From the NCBI RefSeq assembly GCF_032191835.1, contig NC_083240.1, forward strand, positions 37,758,001 to 37,822,000: a stretch of 64,000 nucleotides of DNA. The letters are read 5' to 3'. Numbering within the stretch: position 1 is the first letter of the stretch; every line of letters starts with the position of its first letter. Below the pieces are notes generated by a model, which saw only the letters and a program-made list of their open reading frames with translations, was not told the DNA's origin and did not search any database. This DNA is from Heteronotia binoei. Taxonomy: Eukaryota. Made by a program: the position numbers and the translations under genes. This document shows positions 35,687 to 45,000 of this stretch, piece by piece.

Positions 35687-37586
35687 CTTTCTACCTCTAC
35701 CACTTCAGCACGTCTCCAGGCTTCTTCCATTTCTCGACAATTGGCAACAAATAACCACAGACAAATGGGTTCTGAACATTATTTTGAGGGGCTACTCCAT
35801 AGAGTTCCAAGCACCACCAAAAAGACATCATTTTGTTTCCACTCCCCCATCACCTTCCCTTCAGGAAGAAATAGACACCTTAACAGCCAAAGCGGCTATA
35901 GAGCCTGTCCCAGTCCAGTATCATCGGACAGGTTTTTATTCCAGGTACTTTCTAGTCCCGAAAAGGGATGGGGGACAGCGCCCGATTCTGGATCTAAGAG
36001 CCCTAAACAAATTCATCCGCCACAGAAAATTCAGAATGATCACCTTACAATCGATTCTGCCATTAATCCCCAGAAACTCCTGGATGGCACTGGTAGATTT
36101 ACAGGACGCATACTTCCACCTGACAATACACCAATGCCACAGGAAGTTTCTGCGTTTCGCCGTTGGCAACAACCACTACCAGTTCCGAGCTCTGCCCTTC
36201 GGACTTTCCACGGCACCACGGACATTCACAAAATGTATGGCGGTTATTGCAGCGTACCTCAGGCAACGCGGCGTTGCAACCTACCCATACATAGACGATT
36301 GGCTCCTTGTGGGAGCTTCAAGGACACAGTTGATGAAGGACATTTCCATCACACTTGCGCTCCTAGCAAACCTGGGCCTCCAGGTCAATCATCAAAAGTC
36401 ACACCTTACCCCAACTCAAGACATTCAGTTTATTGGGGCTCGTTTGTGCACCACGGACCACAAGGCGTATCTTCCTGTGGACAGGATATCCTCCATTCAG
36501 ACGCTGGCCACACAAATAATGCAACAACCCAAACAAGCGGCCTTCAACATTCAGCGCATGTTAGGACTTATGGCAGCCACAACGGCAGTTCTGACACACG
36601 CAAGACTACGCATGCGAACCCTACAAATCTGGTTCGTCCGCGCGTTTCGACCCCAACACCAATCTCAAGGAACGGTCCTCACTGTTCCGAGCCACATCCT
36701 CCCTTCGCTCGAATGGTGGACAGTTCGAGCTCACCTGCTTGCGGGAATGCCCTTTTTACGGCCAAGTCCATCAGCAGTGGTTACAACAGACGCCTCGAGA
36801 TGGGGCTGGGGAGCTCATCTCGACGTACTCACGGTCCAGGGGCAATGGACACCGTACGAACAGTCGCTCCACATCAATTGCTTAGAGCTTCTAGCTGTTC
36901 ACAGAGCGTTAAAATCGTTCCTTCCATCTCTTCAAGGCCTACACGTACAGATCGCCTCAGACAATGTGGCGACGGTTTTTTATATAAACAGGCAAGGAGG
37001 GACAGCATCCACCCGCCTTTGCAAAAGAGCAATGCACCTGTGGCATTGGAGTATTGCCCATCAGATTCACCTCACTGCGGTACATCTTCCTGGCATACAG
37101 AATGTTCAAGCGGACAGACTGAGCAGATATTCCATCAACGACCACGAGTGGTCACTCCACCGGTCATACCTTCTGCCAGTATTCCGGAAATTCGGAACTC
37201 CGTCAATAGATGCGTTTGCTGCACCAGACAATGCACAGTGTGCGATCTTTTTTATGAGAGGTCCGCCCTCACAACAGTCTGCAGGGGATGCCTTCATACA
37301 GACGTGGACCGGTCCACTACACTTCCTCTTCCCTCCCTTTCCGTTAATAACACGGTGCATACAGAAAATTCAACTGGACAACACAGATTGCATTCTCGTG
37401 ACGCCATGGTGGCCACGTCAGCCATGGTTCACAACCCTTCTCCTCCTGTCAGAAAGCACTTACCATCACTTCCCTCTGGCACACAACCTCCTGTCCCAAC
37501 AGAACGGCAGGGTTCTGCACCACGACCCGAACAGACTTCGCCTGACGGCCTGGAGGATATGTTCTCAGACTTTCCTGAAGGAGTAA
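35685..37586 (+). CDS. DIRS ORF2: reverse transcriptase, RNase H, phage-type adenine methyltransferase-like domain
   Basis: RPILDLRALN, DLQDAYFH, LPFGLSTAP, YIDD; RNase H TDAS..GWG, HINCLEL, DN, NVQADRLSR; MT-like DAFA and FPPF; frame open from 35493; true start unknown. Confidence 0.93.
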   Translation, partial: DFLPLPLQHVSRLLPFLDNWQQITTDKWVLNIILRGYSIEFQAPPKRHHFVSTPPSPSLQEEIDTLTAKAAIEPVPVQYHRTGFYSRYFLVPKRDGGQRPILDLRALNKFIRHRKFRMITLQSILPLIPRNSWMALVDLQDAYFHLTIHQCHRKFLRFAVGNNHYQFRALPFGLSTAPRTFTKCMAVIAAYLRQRGVATYPYIDDWLLVGASRTQLMKDISITLALLANLGLQVNHQKSHLTPTQDIQFIGARLCTTDHKAYLPVDRISSIQTLATQIMQQPKQAAFNIQRMLGLMAATTAVLTHARLRMRTLQIWFVRAFRPQHQSQGTVLTVPSHILPSLEWWTVRAHLLAGMPFLRPSPSAVVTTDASRWGWGAHLDVLTVQGQWTPYEQSLHINCLELLAVHRALKSFLPSLQGLHVQIASDNVATVFYINRQGGTASTRLCKRAMHLWHWSIAHQIHLTAVHLPGIQNVQADRLSRYSINDHEWSLHRSYLLPVFRKFGTPSIDAFAAPDNAQCAIFFMRGPPSQQSAGDAFIQTWTGPLHFLFPPFPLITRCIQKIQLDNTDCILVTPWWPRQPWFTTLLLLSESTYHHFPLAHNLLSQQNGRVLHHDPNRLRLTAWRICSQTFLKE

Positions 37587-38584
37587 GACACGTTCTCCTT
37601 AATGCAAGGAAACCGTCAACAAGGAAGTCATATTCCATGAAATGGAAAAGGTTTTCCATCTACGCTACCAAGCATAATTTCAGACCCTCCTCGGCTTCCA
37701 TGCCTCAAATCTTAGCATATACACTGCATTTGTCAGAAAAGGGCCTTACGTACTCCTCTCTGAAGGTGCACCTGGCAGCAATCTCAGCTTTTCACCCGCA
37801 TGTACAGGGTCGAACTGTCTTCTCACACCCTGCTGCGAAATCCTTCTTAAAGGGAATCTTACATTTGCACCCACCACTACGGCAAATGTATCCTAGCTGG
37901 AGTTTGTCACTAGTGCTTAGCCAACTAGTAAAACCACCTTTTGAACCTATGGCTACGATACCACTTCACCTCCTCTCATGGAAAACGGCTCTTTTAGTTG
38001 CACTCACCTCTGCTAAAAGAGCAAGTGATCTCTGCGCGTTCAGAGCGGACTCGCCTTACACCATGTTTCACCATGATAAGGTGGTGTTACGGCCAGATCC
38101 CGCTTTCTTACCGAAGGTGGTCTCCGCATTCCATCTGCATAGAACCACTACCTTACCTGCCTTTTTCCAACGGCCTACGGATAAGGGCCAAGAAGCTCTA
38201 CACTGTCTAGACGTGAGAAGAGCACTCGCCTACTATATAGATCGAACTGCATCGTTCCGCACAGACTCCAGACTTTTCGTGGCCTACGGCCGCCGTCATA
38301 AGGGAAAAAAGATATCTACGCAGAGACTATCAAAGTGGTTGGTTGCTGCTATAGAGCTGTGCTACAAGCTCGCGAAGCAACCAGTTCCATCTGCCATAAG
38401 AGCTCATTCTACAAGAGCTTTGTCAACGTCATCTGCCCTTGCCAGGGGTGTATCCATGGAGGACATTTGCGCTGCTGCCGCTTGGTCTTCCTCCTCGACC
38501 TTCGCCACGCACTACGCTTTGGACGTTCGTGCTAGGCGGGATGCATCCTTTGGACAGGCAGTTCTTCGCTCCATCTTTGACTAA
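35765..38584 (+). CDS. DIRS ORF3: tyrosine recombinase (overlaps ORF2 in another frame)
   Basis: ARKPSTRKSYSMKWKRF, catalytic set R (SAKRASDL), H-x-x-R (HSTR), W (AAWSS), Y (THY); first ATG 35765; frame open from 35687. Confidence 0.93.
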   Translation: MGSEHYFEGLLHRVPSTTKKTSFCFHSPITFPSGRNRHLNSQSGYRACPSPVSSDRFLFQVLSSPEKGWGTAPDSGSKSPKQIHPPQKIQNDHLTIDSAINPQKLLDGTGRFTGRILPPDNTPMPQEVSAFRRWQQPLPVPSSALRTFHGTTDIHKMYGGYCSVPQATRRCNLPIHRRLAPCGSFKDTVDEGHFHHTCAPSKPGPPGQSSKVTPYPNSRHSVYWGSFVHHGPQGVSSCGQDILHSDAGHTNNATTQTSGLQHSAHVRTYGSHNGSSDTRKTTHANPTNLVRPRVSTPTPISRNGPHCSEPHPPFARMVDSSSSPACGNALFTAKSISSGYNRRLEMGLGSSSRRTHGPGAMDTVRTVAPHQLLRASSCSQSVKIVPSISSRPTRTDRLRQCGDGFLYKQARRDSIHPPLQKSNAPVALEYCPSDSPHCGTSSWHTECSSGQTEQIFHQRPRVVTPPVIPSASIPEIRNSVNRCVCCTRQCTVCDLFYERSALTTVCRGCLHTDVDRSTTLPLPSLSVNNTVHTENSTGQHRLHSRDAMVATSAMVHNPSPPVRKHLPSLPSGTQPPVPTERQGSAPRPEQTSPDGLEDMFSDFPEGVRHVLLNARKPSTRKSYSMKWKRFSIYATKHNFRPSSASMPQILAYTLHLSEKGLTYSSLKVHLAAISAFHPHVQGRTVFSHPAAKSFLKGILHLHPPLRQMYPSWSLSLVLSQLVKPPFEPMATIPLHLLSWKTALLVALTSAKRASDLCAFRADSPYTMFHHDKVVLRPDPAFLPKVVSAFHLHRTTTLPAFFQRPTDKGQEALHCLDVRRALAYYIDRTASFRTDSRLFVAYGRRHKGKKISTQRLSKWLVAAIELCYKLAKQPVPSAIRAHSTRALSTSSALARGVSMEDICAAAAWSSSSTFATHYALDVRARRDASFGQAVLRSIFD

Positions 38585-38723
38585 GAAGCTGGTCCGGGCT
38601 TGGTGAGTAGTTGCTTACCTTATAGCCTATAATGTGCTGCCTATGTTGCACTAACCTTTGCACTATTTTTTCCTCCAACTCTAGTGCCAGCACCCACCGC
38701 CTTGCAGATCAGCTTATCAGTCA

Positions 38724-38819
38724 CCCATGTGTGGGACTGCACAGAGACCACGAAGAAGATAAACAGGTTACTCACCTGTAATTGATGATCTTCGAGTGGT
38801 CATCTGTGCAGTCACACAC
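38724..38819. repeat. DIRS internal complementary region (ICR)
   Basis: 38724-38760 complements the left terminus; 38761-38819 complements the right terminus; implies circle junction ...CCTGTTT|ATCTTCTTC... Confidence 0.93.
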
Positions 38820-38888
38820 GCCCGCCCAGCCGTCCCCGCTGCTGGCTACTTGTCTTATATATCCGCGCTCCTATTATGTCAGCGGCGG

Positions 38889-39104
38889 GGAAAGAAACTG
38901 AGTGGGTTGGGCGCCTCCCTCGCGCTACAGGCATGCGCAGTGGATGCCTGCTCCCCAGAGCGGGAGGGAGTGCGCGCCAAAAATAACGCCTAGGCTAGCT
39001 ATTTAAAATCTCCGAGGTAGGGTTCGTCCTGATAGGAAAACCCATGTGTGTGACTGCACAGATGACCACTCGAAGATCATCAATTACAGGTGAGTAACCT
39101 GTTT
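38889..39104 (-). repeat. DIRS right ITR with terminal extension
   Basis: Inverted copy of the left ITR; outer end complementary to the second half of the ICR. Confidence 0.95.
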
Positions 39105-39694
39105 TTCTTAAACTCTTAGAGGATTGGCTACATCAGGAGTGTGTGGCCTAATATGCAAAGGAGTTCCTGCTACAAAAAAAAAAAACCCTGCTTAGGAGTG
39201 GTTGGCTTCTGCTCTTCACGGATCCTGGGCAAGAAACCCACAACCGCATGCTGCGTCTTGCCTCCCTTTTGCCTTCATAGCAATGGGTACCACTCACCAG
39301 TGGTCTGCATCAGGTGCTGGGAAATGGGGTGTGTTATAGCCAGAGCTTTTGTTTTTGTAGCAGGAGCTCCTTTGCATATTAGGCTACACACCCCTGATAT
39401 AGCCAATCCTCCAAGAGCTTGCAGGGCTCTTAGTACAGGGCTTTCTGTAAACTTCAGGAGGATTGGTTACATTGGGGGGGGGGGGTGCCCTAATATGCAA
39501 ACGAGTTCCTGCTACAAAAAAAAGCCCTGGTTATAGCACATCTTCCCTTCAACTAACTACTGCCTCTGTAGGTGAGCCCAGGGCCAGGAATCCACAGGTC
39601 TACTCAACGGATCAATCACAGGCTTGAAAGCAACACCTTTGCCCTTGAATGACTCCACAGGAAGCCCAAATTAAAGCGCAGCCTCTGTCTTTAG

Positions 39695-39980
39695 AAAGCA
39701 AGCGACGGTGAAAGCTTTGCCGGTTGGATTTCTGCCTGTGGCACAGGATCCCTGCCGCAAAGACATGGTGGTGACTTGTTGGCTGACCTCATGGAAAAGC
39801 ACAAGGTCGTTTCAGGGGCCTGATTGAAGCAGCTCCTTAGAAAGCAAGTGATGGTGAAAGCTTTGCCCGTTGGATTTCTGCCTGTCGCATGGGATACCTG
39901 CCACAAAAACATGGCGGTGGCTTGTTGGCTGACCTCCCGGAAGAGCACAGTGTCATTGCAGGGGCCTGATTTAAACAGCT
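39695..39980 (+). repeat. 146-bp tandem duplication with exon-like units
   Basis: 39695-39840 and 39841-39980, 18 substitutions in the 129-nt core. Confidence 0.9.
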
Positions 39981-41772
39981 CTTTGTTTTCACCTCCAAGC
40001 CAGCTTCAGAAGTCCGCCATCAGTAGCTCAGCCCTCAGGCAGCACCTGGAGTTCTGAAATTACCTGGATAAAACAGTTGCTTTGGAGGGTGAACTGTTTG
40101 GCGTTATACTCTGCTGAGGCCCCTCCCCTTCCCAAACCCTGCCTTCCCCAAGCTTTGCCCCCAAATCTCCAGGAATTTTCCGACCCAGAGTTGGCAGCCC
40201 CGAGCTCACCTCTTTTTGTTGCAGCCTCCTATATCTGAGAGAGACAGGCGGGAACTGTTGATGGAGGAGAAGACAACGGATAAAGGGGGAACAAACAAGC
40301 GCAAGCTGTCAGAATTTACTGATCTGCTGGCCGAGCGAGTCAAGGGGGAAAAATGGACATCGTAGCAAGCTGGAATGCGGCAGCCAACAGATCGGCCAGC
40401 TCGTATCCCCAGCTCCGTATTTCAACCCTTTCGTGGCTCTAAATTACAGCCCAAAAGGAACGTGGTTACAGGGCAGCAGGGAAATGCTAAATCGATGGAC
40501 AATCCTGCCTTTGAAAGAGTGCAATAAGATGCATTGTCGAATGAGGACAAAGAGAATGTTTTGAATGCAGCACGGACAGTTTGAAAGTCCTTTTTTCCCC
40601 TCCTCCCAGGTTCAGGTTGCCAACTCTGGGTTGGGGAATTTCTGGAGATGTCTGTGTAGGGCCTGGGAAGATGGGATATGGGGAGGGGAGGGAACTCAGC
40701 AGAGTAAAAAGACTTAAGCTCAACCTTCCAAAGCAGCCATTTTCTCCTGGGGAACTCATCTCTGTAGTCCAACGATCACTTGTGATTTCAGGAAATCTTC
40801 AGGCCCCATCTGGAGGTTGGCAAGAAGATGCTGGATTTATACCCTGCCCTTCAGAGTCTCAGAGCAGCTTACAGTCTCCTTCCCTTCCCCACAACAGATT
40901 GTGAGGTAGGTGGGGCTGAGAGAGCTCTGGCAGAAACTGCTCTTGAGAGAACAGCACTGAGAGACCTGTGACTGACCCAAGGTCATACCAGCAGCTGCAC
41001 GTGCAGGAGTGAGGGATCAAACCCCGTTCTTCCAGATTAGAGTCCGCCCTCTTAACCACCGCACCAAATTTTCTCAACCTTACGCGTGCCAGGAAAAATG
41101 GGTTCTAATTCCAGCAAGCTCTGCCTGAACCAGGGAAATGCCACAGGCAGGGGGAGGGACTTGTGAAAAATACCAACATGATCACCCAGTCTCTGGAGTA
41201 AATTGGCAATCTTTTTTTAAATGCTAAAACTAATAATTCTGCCCCCAAAATTTGGGCCAAGATTGTGGTCATGGTGTGTGACGGGAGTGGTCCCTGAATA
41301 TTCAGCTCTGTCGGGGTTTTGGGTTTTTTTTTTTTTTAAACCCTCCATTTCAGTGATGAAAAAATATACGCTGGCTGGCACGGATCCTTGCACTGAGACG
41401 ATGAAATGTATCACAATGTTTGCAGCGTCCTTATGTCCTCCAAGGGGTGATTTATCGACAGCGCTTAGGAGCCAGAGAACAGCCTCGTCCTAATAAAAAG
41501 AGCCTCTATCAGTATAGTCTTTAACATCTTGCTGCCGTTTCTCATCTTAGGCCAAGGCCTTCCATTTACCAGCCCCCCCACCTCCCTCCATGACAGCTTT
41601 GCTGTTGGTTTATTTATTGGGAAGAAATAACAGAGTCTCCAGCTTATCACGCAAACCAAAGCAGCAGTCTGGCCTCTCCATTTCCGATTGCCACTTTTAG
41701 TTCCAGTTCATTAGGCAGAGGAGAGGACATGTAATGTTGCTTGCTTGGATTTATATATCTGCAAATGCCTTA

Positions 41773-42050
41773 AAAAGGTAGCCCCCTGTGCAAGCACCAG
41801 TCGTTTCCGACTCTGGGGTGAAGTTGCTTTCACAACGTTTTCACGGCAGACTTTTTACGGGGTGGTTTGCCATTGCCTTCCCCAGTCATCTACACTTTCC
41901 CCCCAGCAAGCTGGGTACTCAGAAGGATGGAAGGCTTAGTCAACTTTGAGTCGGCTACCTGAACCATCTTCCACTGGGATCAAACTCAGGTCGTGAGCAG
42001 AGGACTCCGACTGCAGTATTGCAGCTTTACCACTCTGCGACATGGGGCTC
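41773..42050 (-). mobile_element. Sauria SINE
   Basis: gagccccatgtcgcagagtggtaaagctgc head; gactggggaaggcaatggcaaaccacc Bov-B-like body; further partial copies at 42905-42995(-), 43790-44046(+), 62105-62378(+). Confidence 0.85.
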
Positions 42051-45000
42051 TTATACCTTATAGGCAGAGAATTTTCACTTCTCTTCTGCAGCATTTTGAC
42101 AGTTCTACATTCCTGCCCTTAGATGATCTGTTGAAAACCATAGAGCAGGGGTGTCAAACATGCAGCCCCTTGGGTCAAATCAGGCCCCCGGAGTGCTCCT
42201 ATCAGGCCCTTGAGCAACTGGCTGTCATCTGCTTCCTTCTCTCTATCTCTTGCTTCCTTCTGAATCACAGCTTGCCTTACAAGGTTTGCTCGATCACACA
42301 GGAACTGCAGAGCAAAAACTCTATTTTCTCCATTAGCTGAGGCTCCTCCCTTGGGGAGGAAGGGGAGAAGGCAGAGCTTGTTTTTCCAGTCTCTCTCAAT
42401 CGCACAGCAGAGCTACTGAGTCAAGCCTCTCTTCCTTCTGTTGGCTGAGGCTCCTCCCCCTCCTGGTCCCCTGGGGAAGGGAGGAAAGAGCCAGAGCTTC
42501 TTTTGCCCAGTTCCCTGGATCCCATGACAGAAGTACAAAGAAAGCACCTTTAAGACCAACGAGTGCTAACGTTTTAAGCATGTTTTAACTTTTTTTTAAA
42601 TTGTTTTTGTCTGTGTCCTTTATAAGTTTATATCTTTGCTACCTGATCTTAAATAGGCATACACACGGCCTGGCCCAACATGGCCCAGCCCAACCTGACA
42701 TGGCCCGGCCCAACAAGGTCTCTATCTCAGATCCGGCCCTCATAACAAATGTGTTCGACACCCTTGAAATATCCCATTCATAGCTGCTTCAAAGAACGTT
42801 TTCTTGCTCTGATAAGACTTTATAAAGGTCATATTATTTTGGCATTTATATAAAATGTGAGTAATTTTTCTCTATTGGATCAACTTACCTTACTAATATT
42901 GCATAGAAAGGTAAAGGAAAGGTCCCCCATGCAAACACCAGTTGCTTCTGACTCTGGGGTGACGTCGCATCACGACGTTTTCATGGCAGAGTTTTTATTG
43001 CATAGCTCCTCCAATTTTTGCTATAATACAAGTCTGGGCTTTTCATTTTAAATTTTATCGTCCCTCCAGTTGGATTCCTTCCCCTTCGCATTTGCTTGTT
43101 ATGCCTCGCCCAGACTATCGGTTTCCAATACGTGATTTCATTCCTTAGGTACATAACCTTCTGGGAGGAAAATAATGTCCTTTCTTTTCGATCTATTGGC
43201 GGTGGAAAGCACCGTCAAGCCACAGCCAACTTAGCGTGACCTTGACAAATTTCCAAGGCAAGGTTTTCAAGATGTTTTTTTGCCATTGGCTGCCTCTGCA
43301 GAGCTACCCTGGACTTCCTTGGCCAACTCTGCTTAGCTCCCAAGATCTGATGAGATCAGGCTAACTGAGAAGAAGAAGAGATTGGATTTATACCACCCCG
43401 TTCACTCGGAGTGGCTTACAAACTCTTTCCCCTTTCCCTCCCTACAACAGATGCCCTGTGAGGTAGGTGGGGCTGAGAGACCCCTTTGGAGAACTGCTCT
43501 TGAGAGAACAGCTCTGACAGAACTTATGACTGGCTCAAAGCTGGCTGGATGTGGAGAAGTGAGGAATCAAACCCGGTTCTCCCAGATTAGACTCCACACT
43601 CCTATCTACTACACCAAATTCTGGCAAAGTTGTTGTACTGGGTCTCTGACCCTTTGCTGGTAGGTGCCAATCCTGACCTCTATCTTCATAAAGCCCTGTG
43701 AGACGGATTAGGCTGAGTGTGTGACTACCCAAGTTCACCCAGCGAACTTCCATGGCATGAGTGGTGATTTGAACCCGTGGCACAGAGTGTTAAGGCTGCA
43801 GTACTGCAGTCCTAAGCTTTGCTCACGACCTCCCCGGTGGAAGCTAGGTTTTCAGGTAGCCTGCTTGAGGTTGACTCAGCCTTCCATCCTTCATAGGTTG
43901 GTAAAATGAGTACCCAGCTTGCATAGATGACTGGGGAAGGCAATGGCAAACCACCCTGTAAAAAGTCTGCCATGACAACGTTGTGAAAGCAACATCACCC
44001 CAGAGTCGGAAACGACTGGTGCTTGCACAGGGGACCTTTCCTTTCCCTCCAGATACTAGTCTGACACTCTTAGCCACTACACCACAATGGGATGTTGTGC
44101 CTTGACCTGGATAGCCCAGGCAAGCTTGATCTTGTCAGATCTTGGAAGCTAAGCAGAGCCAACCCTGGGAAATACTTGGATGGGAGACCTCCAAGGAATA
44201 CCAGGAGTGGGAGGCAGAGGCAGGTCATATCAAACCATTTCTCTGAACATCCTCCATGCCCCAGTAGGGATCACCAGAAGTCACCATGGCTTCTACGAAT
44301 GCACACACGTGCATACACAATACAAAAAATACCACAATGGGATGTTGGGAAGGAAATCAATGGCTGTATTAATGAGAGCTCTGGCCAGAGGACAAAACTA
44401 CAGAAAAGCATCTTAGACCCACATTGAGATTTTTTAAACCTAGAAAGCCAGAGTTGAACTGTCAGAAATTTCCCAGTAGTTCCTGCCTATACGTTATGGA
44501 GTACACAGTCTGGGTCTAGGTACCCTCTAAGCTGCAGAGTCTTGTGAGCAAAAATTCTACTTTGTGAGCTGCTGGCATTGAAGTGGTGAGCTGCTGCTTA
44601 AATTAGTGTGCTCTGGAGCCATCCTTCCTGAGCTAAGACAAAAACATGTGGGTATTAAAGTTGTGAGCCACAGCATAAATTAGTGTGCTTTGGGGTCATC
44701 CTTCCTGAGCTGAGACAAAAATGTGTGAGCTGGAGGTTAAAAATCTGTGAACTAGCTCACACTAACTCAGCTTAGAGGAAACACTGCTTGTGACCAATGT
44801 TTCCTCTAAGCTGCAGAGTCTTGTGAGCAAAAATTCTACTTTGTGAGCTACTGGCATTAAAGTTGAGAGCTGCTGGCATTAAAGTTGTGAGCTGCTGCAT
44901 AAATGAGTGTGCTCTGGGGTCATCCTTCCTGAGCTGAGACAAAAATGTGTGAGCTGGAGGCTAAAAATCTGTGAGCTAACTCGCACTAACTCAACTTAGA

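Larger units (their letters stand above)
33000..39104 (+). mobile_element. Full-length DIRS1-like tyrosine-recombinase retrotransposon
   Basis: Inverted terminal repeats, internal complementary region, gag-like ORF, RT/RNaseH/methyltransferase ORF and overlapping YR ORF; no TSD. Confidence 0.97.
32212..39190. mobile_element. Small palindromic hAT-type MITE split into halves 32212-32319 and 39109-39190 by the CR1+DIRS insertions
   Basis: Left half cagggctttttttgtagcaggaactcctttgcatattagg; right half is its inverted counterpart; an unsplit relative at about 39345-39530. Confidence 0.8.

Noticed and set aside
37170-37560. Phage or bacterial adenine methyltransferase as contamination or horizontal transfer
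   Set aside because: It is in frame with RT/RNase H and is an established domain of DIRS1-group elements
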